This document shows positions 36,851-47,119 of a stretch of 64,000 nucleotides of DNA, piece by piece. The notes below the pieces were generated by a model. The model was not told where the DNA came from. It searched no databases and saw only the letters and a list, made by a program, of their open reading frames with translations. Made by a program: the position numbers and the translations under genes. The DNA lies in assembly GCA_024653945.1 (NCBI GenBank), contig JANLIT010000002.1:146508-210507 (forward strand), in the 5' to 3' direction. The first letter of the stretch is position 1. Each line of letters starts with the position of its first letter. The DNA is from Candidatus Campbellbacteria bacterium. Lineage in GTDB: Bacteria; Patescibacteriota; Minisyncoccia; Phycocordibacterales; EsbW-18.

Positions 36851-38623
36851 AATGCTGGGTTCACCCTTGTGGAGACAGTGGTCGCATCCACGATATTTCT
36901 TCTCATTGCAGTGAGTTTGTATCAAGCATACACAACACTTTTTCGTGTCATTAATTCATCGCGTGTCAATCTTGTCGCATCATCCCTCGCGACTGAACAG
37001 TTTGAAATTATACGCAACATGCCGTACGCAAAAGTTGGTGTTGCCGGAAGTATTCCTTCGGGCCTTGTTCCTCATACCCAAACACTCATACGTGATGGAT
37101 TTACATTTACCGTGACAACGATTGTGCGAAATATTGATAACCCGTTTGACGGCACGCTTGGGGGAACACCCAATGACACGGCTCCAGCTGACTATAAGCT
37201 TGTGGAGACAGAAATTGCATGTGACACGTGCAGAGACTTTCCACCAAAGATATTTACAACACACGTTAGTCCAAAAAACCTTGAGCTCGCCTCAACAAAT
37301 GGTGCACTCTTTGTTCGTGTTTTTGACGCGAATGGTGTGCCGGTACAAGGTGCTGATGTGCGTGTAGAAAATAATCAAATCGTGCCGTCTATTCGCATAG
37401 ATGACGTTACCGATACCAATGGAAACTTGCAACTTGTTGATATTCCGCCAGGCGCGGGGGCGTATGAAGTATACGTGAGTAAAGACGGATACTCTTCAGA
37501 CCAAACATATACCGCCACAGTGAGCAACCCAAATCCAACGACGCCGTATGCAACGGTTGCCCAACAGCAGGTTACCCAAATTAGTTTTTCTATAGACAAG
37601 GTAAGTTCGTTGTCTATTACCAGCGTTACGCAAACATGTGAAGCAGTTGCCGGTGTTGGTATTGATATACAAGGCAGTAAGCTTATAGGCACAAGTCCTG
37701 ATGTAAATAAATACTCTCAATCGCATACAACGAACGGGTTGGGAGAAAAAGTAATAAATGATTTAGAGTGGGATACCTACTCACTTTCGGTGAGTGGTAG
37801 TACATACCAACTTCTCGGTCTTATTCCACTTCTTCCTCCAACAATTGCACCCGACTCCAATCTTGATGTACAAGTGGTTGTTGGCCCACTTAATCCAAAC
37901 GCACTACTGGTAACTGTTAAAGACAGTGCAACAGCACTACCTATATCCGAGGCAGATGTTGCGATTACGGGGGAAGAGACGCAAACAACAGGGCGAGGAT
38001 TTTTGCGACAAACGGATTGGTCGGGCGGGTCTGGTGAAACGGTGTGGTCTGGTGGTTCTCGATATAGTTCAGATGATGGAAACATTGAAACCGATACGCC
38101 GGCGGGTGTTATGGAGTTGGTATTGTTTGCGGGATCGTACACTCCATCGGGTGATCTCACATCGTCAATATTTGATGTCGGAACAACAAGTAATTTTTAT
38201 AGAATTACGTGGCAACCAGAGGATCAGCCACCGCTTGCGGGCGCAGACCCTGTTCGTTTTCAGATTGCAACAAGTAATGATGTGGCGACAACGACATGGA
38301 ATTTTCTCGGACCAGATGCAACGAATGGTAGTTACTATACTGTTGCAGACCAAAATATTAATGTGGTCCACAATGCACAGCAATATTTTCGATACAAAGT
38401 TTTCTTAGAAACCGAGGATGTGTCCGTTACACCAACTATTTCAGACGTTTCGTTCACGTTTACCTCAGAGTGTGTTCCACCAGGTCAAGTTACATTTTCA
38501 GGACTTTCAAGTGGTTCGTATACTGTTTCTGTGTCAAAATCGGGATATCAACCATACACAAGTGCTCCACTATCAGTAACGAGCAATTTTATATCATATG
38601 AAGCGATTCTTACCCCAGAATGA
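36827..38623 (+). CDS. Prepilin-type N-terminal cleavage/methylation domain protein (large minor pilin/pseudopilin)
   Basis: Leader MVHATRHMNAG|FTLVETVVASTIFLLIAV (class III signal), then ~570 aa of beta-rich repeats. Start ambiguous (36782, 36827 or 36848). Confidence 0.7.
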   Translation: MVHATRHMNAGFTLVETVVASTIFLLIAVSLYQAYTTLFRVINSSRVNLVASSLATEQFEIIRNMPYAKVGVAGSIPSGLVPHTQTLIRDGFTFTVTTIVRNIDNPFDGTLGGTPNDTAPADYKLVETEIACDTCRDFPPKIFTTHVSPKNLELASTNGALFVRVFDANGVPVQGADVRVENNQIVPSIRIDDVTDTNGNLQLVDIPPGAGAYEVYVSKDGYSSDQTYTATVSNPNPTTPYATVAQQQVTQISFSIDKVSSLSITSVTQTCEAVAGVGIDIQGSKLIGTSPDVNKYSQSHTTNGLGEKVINDLEWDTYSLSVSGSTYQLLGLIPLLPPTIAPDSNLDVQVVVGPLNPNALLVTVKDSATALPISEADVAITGEETQTTGRGFLRQTDWSGGSGETVWSGGSRYSSDDGNIETDTPAGVMELVLFAGSYTPSGDLTSSIFDVGTTSNFYRITWQPEDQPPLAGADPVRFQIATSNDVATTTWNFLGPDATNGSYYTVADQNINVVHNAQQYFRYKVFLETEDVSVTPTISDVSFTFTSECVPPGQVTFSGLSSGSYTVSVSKSGYQPYTSAPLSVTSNFISYEAILTPE

Positions 38624-38691
38624 TACCTGCCTATATATGTATTCTCACAATACTAAAAAAGGATTCAGCCAGCACTAAACATTATATTTTT

Positions 38692-39333
38692 ATGATACTT
38701 TCTTTTATTACAAAAAAACCTTACAGAAAGAGACTGTTGTTTAGTGCTGGGTTCAGTCTCGTAGAGGCACTCGTCGCCATGGGAATTTTTACTGTCATTG
38801 GTATTGCGGTGATGACCTTTTTTTCCGACATTTTTTCATTCTCAAAGAGTGCTCAGGGACAATTACAAATACAGCAAGAATTGCAGGTGTTAACACGACG
38901 AATGAGTGCCGAGCTCCGTGCCGCGTCACAAAGTAGTGTTGGGTCATATGCGCTTGCAACGACCTCATCATCAACACTTTCGTTTTATGTAGATACTGAT
39001 AACGATGGCGTGAAAGAGCGGATACGATATTTTCTCCAAGGAACAGAACTAAAAAAAGGAACCTTGAAACCAACAGGGAGTCCGTTGGCGTATACAGGGA
39101 GCGAAACCACACGGAGTATGGTAAAAAATGTGCAAGCAACAACCACACCATTATTTTCGTACTACGATACCAACTATGCCGGAACAACAACACCGCTTAC
39201 GCAACCGGTTACTGTATCAAGCGTTCGTCTTGTGAAGATAACTATTGTTGTTGATGATAATGCACTTATTCCACCACCAGCGATTATTGGAACAACGCAG
39301 ATCTCTCTTCGTACCATTAAAGATAATTTGTAA
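38692..39333 (+). CDS. Prepilin-type minor pilin (PilW/GspJ-like)
   Basis: KRLLFSAG|FSLVEALVAMGIFTVIGIAV prepilin N-terminus. Confidence 0.65.
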   Translation: MILSFITKKPYRKRLLFSAGFSLVEALVAMGIFTVIGIAVMTFFSDIFSFSKSAQGQLQIQQELQVLTRRMSAELRAASQSSVGSYALATTSSSTLSFYVDTDNDGVKERIRYFLQGTELKKGTLKPTGSPLAYTGSETTRSMVKNVQATTTPLFSYYDTNYAGTTTPLTQPVTVSSVRLVKITIVVDDNALIPPPAIIGTTQISLRTIKDNL

Positions 39334-39336
39334 ACA

Positions 39337-40782
39337 ATGTATTCTCTTTTGACAAAAAAACGTTTGACGTCCAGTCAGGTCCTACACAAAGGAGGATTAT
39401 TGGTAACGGTGCTCGTTTTTGCATCCATTGGTATTTTAATGCTGACAGGGCTCGTTGCTTGGACAGGAATGAACGCACGGGTTTTGCGGACTGCAACATC
39501 ACGCGAACTCGCCTTTCATGTTGCGGAGGCCGGTATTGATTACTATCGATGGCATTTGGCACACGCACCAACTGACTACCAAGACGGAACAGGTGTCGCT
39601 GGTCCATATGTTCACCCGTTCTATGACACCGCAGGAAACATGGTTGGAAATTTCTCTCTCACCATTACGGCGCCAGTAGCGGGGTCCACGATTGTGAGAG
39701 TGCGTTCCACAGGTTCCACTATTGCAGAACCAACAATCACACGAAAAATTGAAGTACTCTTTGCCATTCCATCGTTTGCAAAATACGCGTGGGTGTTAAA
39801 TAGTTTCGTGAATTTTGGTTCAACTGCGTATGTGTATGGACCAATTCACTCAAACACAGGATTGCGTTTTGACGGTATTGCATACAACTTAGTAACGAGT
39901 GCCACATCAACATTTGATGACCCAGACCATTCGGGTGGATATGAATTTGGGGTTCATACGCACGATTCTCCTGTTGATCCGCTCCCACCAGCGGCGGTAC
40001 CTAATCGCGCGGATGTCTTTGTTGCGGGTCGCCAATTTCCAGTACCTGCAGTTGATTTTACTGGAATCATTTCAGATTTGTCACAAATAAAAAGTGCCGC
40101 ACAATCAGAGGGACGCTATTTTGCGGCATCAGGAGGTCTCGGGTATCATGTGGTGCTCAAAACAAATGATACGTTTGATTTGTATCGTGTAAATACCATG
40201 TACTCAAAAAGTGGGTGTTCATGTAGTGGTACGGGGTGTGGAACGTTGAGTATCAAAAGTGGTGGAGAAACGTTCCTTAGTAACTACACATTTCCAGCGA
40301 ACGGTCTTATTTTTGTGGAGGATCATATGTGGGTTAATGGAACGATTGATGGCGCGCGTCTTACCATAGCGTCTGCAAAGTTTCCTGACAATCCTTCAAC
40401 ACGGACAAATATCAATGTTACTAACGATATACGATATACGAATTATGATGGCACCGATGTCATTGGTCTCATTGCACAGGGTAATTTTAATGTTGGTTTA
40501 GTGAGCGAGGATGACCTTCGTGTTGATGCGGCAATTATTGCTCAAAATGGACGAATAGGTAGGTATAGCTACACTTCTGAGTGTTCACCGAATCATTTGC
40601 GCACACTTCTTACCACATACGGTATGTTGGGTACAAACCAGCGATCTGCCCTGTGGTATGGGAGTAATGGCTATCAAACCCGTAATTATATTTACGATGC
40701 AAACTTATTGTATGCGCCTCCGCCATCTTTTCCGCTTACTGCAGACCAATACATAACTATTTCCTGGGAAGAGGTTGAGTAA
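39337..40782 (+). CDS. Pilus-associated protein with PilX-like N-terminal hydrophobic segment
   Basis: N-terminal GGLLVTVLVFASIGILMLTGLVAWTG. Last gene of the pilin cluster. 481 aa. Confidence 0.4.
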   Translation: MYSLLTKKRLTSSQVLHKGGLLVTVLVFASIGILMLTGLVAWTGMNARVLRTATSRELAFHVAEAGIDYYRWHLAHAPTDYQDGTGVAGPYVHPFYDTAGNMVGNFSLTITAPVAGSTIVRVRSTGSTIAEPTITRKIEVLFAIPSFAKYAWVLNSFVNFGSTAYVYGPIHSNTGLRFDGIAYNLVTSATSTFDDPDHSGGYEFGVHTHDSPVDPLPPAAVPNRADVFVAGRQFPVPAVDFTGIISDLSQIKSAAQSEGRYFAASGGLGYHVVLKTNDTFDLYRVNTMYSKSGCSCSGTGCGTLSIKSGGETFLSNYTFPANGLIFVEDHMWVNGTIDGARLTIASAKFPDNPSTRTNINVTNDIRYTNYDGTDVIGLIAQGNFNVGLVSEDDLRVDAAIIAQNGRIGRYSYTSECSPNHLRTLLTTYGMLGTNQRSALWYGSNGYQTRNYIYDANLLYAPPPSFPLTADQYITISWEEVE

Positions 40783-40809
40783 GTGTATGGCATGATATAA
40801 TGGGTGTGT

Positions 40810-41571
40810 ATGCGTTTACTTTTTGTTGCTAATTGGAAAATGAATCCCGACTCTGTGCGTGAGGCTGTTATGTTATGGAATGCAACGAAGAAATACGCAC
40901 AAAAGGCTCGTAAGACGAGTGTGGTTGTCTGTCCACCAACGCCTTTTATTGCATCATGTGCGACAAAGAGTGATGGTTTGGTTTTTTTTGGTGCGCAAGA
41001 TGTGTCTCTTTTTCCTAATGGAGCACACACCGGAGAAGTTTCAACGGGTATGCTCAAAGATATGCATGTTCGATACATTATTGCAGGACATTCAGAGCGT
41101 CGTGCTCTTGGGGAGTCAAATGAGTTAATCGCTCGAAAAGTACAAGCGGTCCTTGCATCAGGCCTTACACCAATTCTCTGTATTGGGGAACATGAACGCG
41201 GTATGCATGGGGAACATTTTGCATTTATTGAAGAGCAGATACGAGGTTCTCTACATGGTATTTCAAAAGCACGAGCACCAAAAATAATTCTGGCGTATGA
41301 GCCATTGTGGGCAATCGGCAGAACATCTGCACAGGCAATGAGCCCAAATGATGTTCATGAAATGGCATTATTTATACGAAAAATACTTTCAAAAATGTAT
41401 GGTCGCTCGGTTGGTATGTCAATTCCCATTTTGTATGGTGGGTCTGTTGAACCGAGCAACATCAACCCCATTGTGCGCGAGGGTGCGGTGCAAGGTGTTC
41501 TTGTTGGACACGCAAGCCTTGTTGCAAAAAATGTGGCTGACATGCTTTTTGCACTAGAAAAAGCACACTAG
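40810..41571 (+). CDS. tpiA: Triosephosphate isomerase
   Basis: FVANWKMN, AYEPLWAIG, ILYGGSV motifs. Confidence 0.9.
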   Translation: MRLLFVANWKMNPDSVREAVMLWNATKKYAQKARKTSVVVCPPTPFIASCATKSDGLVFFGAQDVSLFPNGAHTGEVSTGMLKDMHVRYIIAGHSERRALGESNELIARKVQAVLASGLTPILCIGEHERGMHGEHFAFIEEQIRGSLHGISKARAPKIILAYEPLWAIGRTSAQAMSPNDVHEMALFIRKILSKMYGRSVGMSIPILYGGSVEPSNINPIVREGAVQGVLVGHASLVAKNVADMLFALEKAH

Positions 41572-41576
41572 AATAT

Positions 41577-42698
41577 ATGTTGAAATCTATTACTGAAGCA
41601 CCCATCTCTCTCGGTGACCGTGTCTTGGTCCGTGGAAATCTTAATGTTCCTATTGAACATGGTGTCATAGCAGATACCTCCAGGGTTCTCGGAAACCTAC
41701 CCACACTGCGGTTTCTCAAGAGTAAAGGCGCAAAGGTTATTCTTATAGGACATTTGTCTGTTGAAGGGGAATCTCTTAAAACCGTTGCGGGCGTTCTCGC
41801 ACAGCACATTCCGGTTTCGTTTCTCACTAATCCGTTTAATTCTGAAGGAAAAGAAGTACTAAAAAAAATGGCAGATGGAGATATTGTGTGTATTGAAAAC
41901 ATTCGTCAATTTCCCGAAGAAGAAAAAAACGACGTAGATTTTGCAAAAAAACTTGCTGGGCTTGCTGACATGTTTGTGAATGACGATTTTACCTCTGCAC
42001 ATCGTGCGCACGCGTCTGTTGTTGGTGTGCCGAAATTGATACCGTCATACATGGGACTGGAATTTGCGGAGGAATATACACATCTTTCTCAAGCGTTTAA
42101 CCCGCAACACCCGTCGGTACTTATTGTTGGTGGTGCAAAACCGGAAACAAAACTCCCATTGATTACGGCACTTGCGCCTCACATGGATACAGTGTTTGTA
42201 TTTGGTGTTTCAGGAAACTCACTTCTTCGTGCAAAGGGATTTTCTGTTGGAAAGTCTCTGGTTGCTGTATCCAGCGATGAATCTCTTCAAACTATTTTGG
42301 CCATGCCAAACATATCTGCATATAGAGACGTACTCACTATTGATACAGGCGGAAAAGAACATGTACTCAAACCAGAAGCAATTGGGCCGGATGACACCAT
42401 TGTTGATGCTGGACCAGAGACACTGGCACACCTTTCTCAAGTTGTTTCTGGTGCGTCATTTGTGTTATGGAATGGTCCACTTGGCTTGTATGAAAAAGGA
42501 TTTTCTGTAGGAACGCAGGAATGTGCGCGCGCCATTGCGTCATCACATGCTGAAAGTATTGTTGGTGGTGGAGATACTGACGCCGTTCTTGCCGAGGGTC
42601 ATATCACGGGACACTTTTCTTTTATTTCATCTGCCGGCGGAGCGATGTTGGAATTTTTGGCGAAAGGAACACTTCCGGGGATTGAAGCGTTGAAGTAG
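41577..42698 (+). CDS. pgk: Phosphoglycerate kinase
   Basis: VLVRGNLNVP N-terminus, IENIRQFPEE, GGGDT C-terminal motif. Confidence 0.9.
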   Translation: MLKSITEAPISLGDRVLVRGNLNVPIEHGVIADTSRVLGNLPTLRFLKSKGAKVILIGHLSVEGESLKTVAGVLAQHIPVSFLTNPFNSEGKEVLKKMADGDIVCIENIRQFPEEEKNDVDFAKKLAGLADMFVNDDFTSAHRAHASVVGVPKLIPSYMGLEFAEEYTHLSQAFNPQHPSVLIVGGAKPETKLPLITALAPHMDTVFVFGVSGNSLLRAKGFSVGKSLVAVSSDESLQTILAMPNISAYRDVLTIDTGGKEHVLKPEAIGPDDTIVDAGPETLAHLSQVVSGASFVLWNGPLGLYEKGFSVGTQECARAIASSHAESIVGGGDTDAVLAEGHITGHFSFISSAGGAMLEFLAKGTLPGIEALK

Positions 42699-42760
42699 TT
42701 GACGGATGTGGTTTCTCCATGTATTGTCGACACGGATACAGTTCTTTCAGGGAGGGAATT

Positions 42761-42982
42761 ATGAACAAAGACGACCCATCGCTCGCGTATCGCCAGGAAC
42801 AGGACGAATTTGCCATCTACGGATCGAATGGAAGTGGTCCTGTCGTGCTTTCACTCGAGGATTTTCGGAAACTTCTCGATGAAGGACACCGTCTGCTTCT
42901 AGACCGAAGTCTGCGTCGTCATGAGTGGAACAAAAAGACTCCACCCAACGATTCCGCGGAGGTATCTCATCAGGAGGCATGA
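42761..42982 (+). CDS. Hypothetical small acidic protein (GC-rich ORFan, SD GGGAGGG)
   Basis: MNKDDPSLAYRQEQDEF... 74 aa. Strong SD. Confidence 0.45.
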   Translation: MNKDDPSLAYRQEQDEFAIYGSNGSGPVVLSLEDFRKLLDEGHRLLLDRSLRRHEWNKKTPPNDSAEVSHQEA

Positions 42983-43023
42983 TGCTGTTGACGACAACGT
43001 AGCCTTTTCAAAGGAGGTGGCAT

Positions 43024-43269
43024 ATGTCACTGCACAGGAGCTTTCATTCCAAGATCTCACGGTCTCGTCGGAAGACTCGGCAGCAGACGCCAGGTCAGGC
43101 TCGTTCTGCCGAGCGCAAGCGCCAGTGCCAGAAGCGTCGGTTGAAGGGAGCCGATGTAGGGCGTCTCTATCAGGAGGCTCTGCGTCAGAGCGAGGAATTC
43201 CGGCGCTTCGAAAGGGACAGGGAGGCGAAGAACAGAGATAGGTATCCCTACAGCTACAGTCGCTGGTAG
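43024..43269 (+). CDS. Hypothetical Arg-rich basic small protein (GC-rich ORFan, SD AAGGAGGTG)
   Basis: MSLHRSFHSKISRSRRKTRQQ... 81 aa, about 30% Arg/Lys. Confidence 0.45.
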   Translation: MSLHRSFHSKISRSRRKTRQQTPGQARSAERKRQCQKRRLKGADVGRLYQEALRQSEEFRRFERDREAKNRDRYPYSYSRW

Positions 43270-43318
43270 GTTTTCGAAGCAAGAAGCAAGCCTCGCACGG
43301 AAGTGTGGGGCGTTTCAT

Positions 43319-43735
43319 TTATATAAATGCATTTCGAATTTTTTCTCCGGTCTGTTGCATTTCTCCTTCAGCATAGGGTTTGCCGTGCCACTGCTCGCGC
43401 CCGTCGTCTGCTAAGCGTGGAATGACGTGTATGTGGGCATGGAACACAATTTGCCCCGAAATACCACCATTGTTTGAAACGATATTAACACCGTCACAAC
43501 CAGTTTTTTTCAAGGCGGTAGCCACTTTCTTTGCTGTGATTACCACGTGACTAAGTGTTTCTTCGGGTGTATCAAATATGTTCAAAAAGTGTTTTTTGGG
43601 AAGAACAAGTGTGTGCCCAGGATTCACAGGATTGAGGTCTAAAAAAGCAAAGGTATATTCATCTTCGTATACCTTTTCTGCAGGAATTTTTCCCGCCACG
43701 ATTTTACAAAAAATACAGTCTGACATACCTGCCAT
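43319..43735 (-). CDS. HIT-family (histidine triad) hydrolase
   Basis: C-terminal HAHIHVIPR histidine triad. Ap4A hydrolase-like fold. Confidence 0.8.
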   Translation of the reverse strand: MAGMSDCIFCKIVAGKIPAEKVYEDEYTFAFLDLNPVNPGHTLVLPKKHFLNIFDTPEETLSHVVITAKKVATALKKTGCDGVNIVSNNGGISGQIVFHAHIHVIPRLADDGREQWHGKPYAEGEMQQTGEKIRNAFI

Positions 43736-43756
43736 TGTAGCGGTATACTGCTCTCA

Positions 43757-45511
43757 ATGAAAGAGTACACAATTGCTGAAAAACCAAGCGGGGAGAGGGC
43801 ACGGGAGCTCGCCGAATACTCGGAGATTGTTCAAAATCTCTTATTTCACCGAGGTATTGTGACTGCACCCGCAGCGGAGGCGTTTATTTCGCCAGACTAC
43901 GACCGTGATGTGCACGACCCGTTTTTGCTCCACAACATGGACAAAGCAATTGAGCGTATTCTTTTGGCGATAGAGCGCAATGAACACATTGCACTCTTTT
44001 CTGATTTTGACGCAGACGGTATTCCTTCTGCGGTGGTGATGCACGACGTCCTCAAAAAAATTGGATATGAAAATTTCTCTATCACTATTCCACACCGAAA
44101 TATAGAAGGGTTTGGTCTCAATGAAACGGCAATCTCAAATTTTATTGAGAAAAAAGTCGGACTCATCATCACACTTGATTGTGGTATGGGAGATGTTGGA
44201 CATATTGCTCGCGCAACCGAAGCGGGTATTGATGTCATCATCACCGACCACCATATGGAAAATCAAGAGGTGCCGAAAGCATTTGCAATTGTGAATCCAA
44301 ACCAAGAAGGGGACACGTATCCAAACAAAAATTTGTGTGGCGCAGGTGTTGCGTTCAAAGTCGCACAAGCATTTCTTCAAAAACTAGAGGACAAAAGTAA
44401 AAAGAAAGAGCTCACACCTGCATTTATGCTCCACCCGTCCATTGCCCCAGGGTGGGAGAAGTGGCTTTTGGATATGGTTGGTATCGCAACACTCTCTGAC
44501 ATGGTCTCGCTCACGGGAGAAAATCGTGTGTTTGTGCACTATGGACTTCTTGTGTTACGAAAGTCACCACGTCTCGGTGTTCGCACACTTCTTTCACATT
44601 TGCGGATAAAACAACACACGCTCACCGAAGATGATGTGGTATTTATGATTACTCCACGGATTAATGCAGCATCACGCATGGATGAACCAGAGGCAGCATT
44701 TCAACTTCTTTCAACAACAGATCTGACGGAAGCAGAAACACTGGTGCGTCACTTGGATACTATCAACAACGAACGAAAAGGTGCGGTTGCGCAGATGTCC
44801 AAGGAAATAAAACAAAAATTTGAGGAAACACCAAATGAATTTCCAGTTATTGTTGTGGGGAATACGCACTGGCGTCCAGGCTTACTTGGACTCGCTGCAA
44901 CACATGCGGTTGAAGCCTACGGAAAAAGTGCCTTTGTGTGGGGACGGGGAGACGCGGCCGTTATTAAAGGCTCCGTGCGGTCCGATGGGCGTGTTGGTGT
45001 GATGGAGTTGATGAGTGAAGTACGACATCTCTTTATTGAATTTGGGGGACACAAGTATTCGGGCGGTTTTTCTATCACGGTAGAAAATCTCATGTTGTTG
45101 GAAGGTGCACTTTCAGAGGCACATACAAAACTTGCATCAAAAGAAGTTTCTGAAGAAAAGCTTACCGTTGATGCAGTACTTTCTCTTGATGATGTTACAC
45201 AAACTACGTACTCAGACATTACACAACTGGCTCCTTTTGGTGCAGGAAACCCAAAACCAGTGTTTGCATTTGAACAGATACAAATTGATAGAGTAGAAAT
45301 GTTTGGAAAAGAAAAACAGCATATTAAATTACTTTTTAAAACATCAGCAAACAAAATGATTTCTGCAGTGAAGTTTTTTGCGAAAGGAAATCCTACATTG
45401 GAAGGGTTGTCAGCAGGGCAGAGCATCACACTTCTTGCATCTCTTGAAAAAGAAACATTTGGCTACACGAATGGCATCCGATTGCGCATTGTTGACGTAC
45501 TCACGTCCTAA
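43757..45511 (+). CDS. recJ: Single-stranded-DNA-specific exonuclease RecJ
   Basis: DHH motifs (FSDFDADGIPS, DCGMGDV, ITDHH), DHHA1 domain, C-terminal OB. Confidence 0.8.
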   Translation: MKEYTIAEKPSGERARELAEYSEIVQNLLFHRGIVTAPAAEAFISPDYDRDVHDPFLLHNMDKAIERILLAIERNEHIALFSDFDADGIPSAVVMHDVLKKIGYENFSITIPHRNIEGFGLNETAISNFIEKKVGLIITLDCGMGDVGHIARATEAGIDVIITDHHMENQEVPKAFAIVNPNQEGDTYPNKNLCGAGVAFKVAQAFLQKLEDKSKKKELTPAFMLHPSIAPGWEKWLLDMVGIATLSDMVSLTGENRVFVHYGLLVLRKSPRLGVRTLLSHLRIKQHTLTEDDVVFMITPRINAASRMDEPEAAFQLLSTTDLTEAETLVRHLDTINNERKGAVAQMSKEIKQKFEETPNEFPVIVVGNTHWRPGLLGLAATHAVEAYGKSAFVWGRGDAAVIKGSVRSDGRVGVMELMSEVRHLFIEFGGHKYSGGFSITVENLMLLEGALSEAHTKLASKEVSEEKLTVDAVLSLDDVTQTTYSDITQLAPFGAGNPKPVFAFEQIQIDRVEMFGKEKQHIKLLFKTSANKMISAVKFFAKGNPTLEGLSAGQSITLLASLEKETFGYTNGIRLRIVDVLTS

Positions 45512-45577
45512 GCATATAGTGCGGGCAGAAGCACCCGACGGTATACTACTCTCGGGATAAGAAGAAAGGAGTCGACC

Positions 45578-46195
45578 ATGTCTCACGACACGCTCGGCAG
45601 AACAGTTGTGGCGTTTATGGATGCCAGCGAGGAGTCCCAGAATCTCATCACCGATTTTGCGGAGAAGCTCATGAATCCTACCCCCGAGTGGGTTCGAGAG
45701 TCAAAACACTTTCTTCGCAAGGAGCCGTGCTGGGTTTCGTATGGGGTGGTTGCCACTCCGATGCTCAACCTCCTCGAGTTCTTCAAAACTCGAGAGGGTC
45801 TCGGGGTCTCGTGGGAGTTTAAAGAGCAAATTCTCGCTCCAGCGCTCGCGATGGGGGGCGACTTGCTGGCAACGGTTGGCACGCCGTTTGACCTGCCGAA
45901 GGACATGGACGAGGGCGAAATCCGCAAGGAGCTCGGCGAGAACCATGTCTTCGAAGATGCTCGCTCGTTCTGCCTCTACCTTGCCAGCGCTCTCGGGCGT
46001 CAGTGGGACGGCAAGGATGGGGACTTCCTGACCAATGGGAGCGCGAACACCTTCTATGTTTGCGGACTCAACGGTGAGGTCTTTGTGGTCGACGCCTACT
46101 GGAGCACTGACGACAGCGGGTGGAGCGTGCTAGTGTATTACTTAGACACCATTCGCTGGGATGCAGGTGACCGTGCCTTTCCCTGCAGTTCCTGA
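45578..46195 (+). CDS. Hypothetical protein (GC-rich ORFan with AAGGAG SD)
   Basis: 205 aa. No recognisable motifs. GC content higher than the flanking recJ/rnhA. Confidence 0.45.
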   Translation: MSHDTLGRTVVAFMDASEESQNLITDFAEKLMNPTPEWVRESKHFLRKEPCWVSYGVVATPMLNLLEFFKTREGLGVSWEFKEQILAPALAMGGDLLATVGTPFDLPKDMDEGEIRKELGENHVFEDARSFCLYLASALGRQWDGKDGDFLTNGSANTFYVCGLNGEVFVVDAYWSTDDSGWSVLVYYLDTIRWDAGDRAFPCSS

Positions 46196-46268
46196 AGAAG
46201 TTTGGGCCCGCCGATGCACAAGAGTGCAGGGCGGGTCTTTTTCGTATTTATTTTGCTACAATATCGGG

Positions 46269-46694
46269 ATGAATTACATTGTCTACACAGATGGAGGTGC
46301 GAGAGGAAATCCGGGTCCTGCGGGAATTGGTTTTGTGATTGTTGAAGGAAATATTACCGTTAAACGCGGGCACGCACACATTGGTGAGACGACAAATAAT
46401 CAAGCCGAATATGAAGCACTTATTCGAGCGCTTACGGAACTCGATATCCGTATGCCTAAAAAAGGAAGAGAAGAACATAACGTGGAGGTTCGTATGGACA
46501 GCGAATTGGTAATTAAACAACTTCGTCATGAATACAAAGTGAAAGACGTTGGGTTGAAATTACAGTTTGCAAAAGTTGACGCACTTCTTTCGCGGTTTCC
46601 ACACGTCACCTTCAAGCATATTTTTAGAGCACAAAATGCAGAGGCGGATGCACTTGCCAACGAAGCGATGGATGTACACCATACATCCAAATAA
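46269..46694 (+). CDS. rnhA: Ribonuclease HI
   Basis: YTDGGARGNPGPAGIGFVI, NNQAEYEALIRAL, DSELVIKQL, NAEADALANE are the catalytic D-E-D-D residues. Confidence 0.85.
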   Translation: MNYIVYTDGGARGNPGPAGIGFVIVEGNITVKRGHAHIGETTNNQAEYEALIRALTELDIRMPKKGREEHNVEVRMDSELVIKQLRHEYKVKDVGLKLQFAKVDALLSRFPHVTFKHIFRAQNAEADALANEAMDVHHTSK

Positions 46695-46779
46695 TCAATA
46701 ACCAAGCATCACATTCCAAACAAAATCATCATAGATAAAAAACCAGCACCACTCTGAAACACATCAGTGGTGCTGGAAG

Positions 46780-47022
46780 TCATACGGCGATGATGACCAC
46801 GGCTTTTCTTTTTTGAAGTTCGGCAAGATCAAGGTCAAGCAGGTACATTCCCGCAGTCACTCGAACAAGACAGCATTCTTTGTCCGTGAAGAACAAGGAT
46901 TCTGTCCTACGAGTAAAAACAACCTTGAATTGTTGGAATGTAACCTCCGTGCCATACCTCTCAGTAAACTCGGTGTAAACGAGCTCTGCGGGTACGACAA
47001 CAACAAGTTTTGCAAACCCCAT
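46780..47022 (-). CDS. Hypothetical small protein
   Basis: 80 aa ORF. An alternative +strand ORF of similar length overlaps it. Strand choice uncertain. Confidence 0.25.
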   Translation of the reverse strand: MGFAKLVVVVPAELVYTEFTERYGTEVTFQQFKVVFTRRTESLFFTDKECCLVRVTAGMYLLDLDLAELQKRKAVVIIAV

Positions 47023-47119
47023 AGGTTCCCCTTTCTCTCATCTGTCTGAATCCTAGCAGAGAAACTACCGTCCTCCAATTTTATCCTGTCTTTATGAGGA
47101 AAGGGTACGCTAGAAGACC

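Noticed and set aside
46813-47049. +strand 78-aa ORF upstream of comEC
   Set aside because: It overlaps an equally long minus-strand ORF and neither has a recognisable motif. Only the minus ORF is reported, at low confidence.
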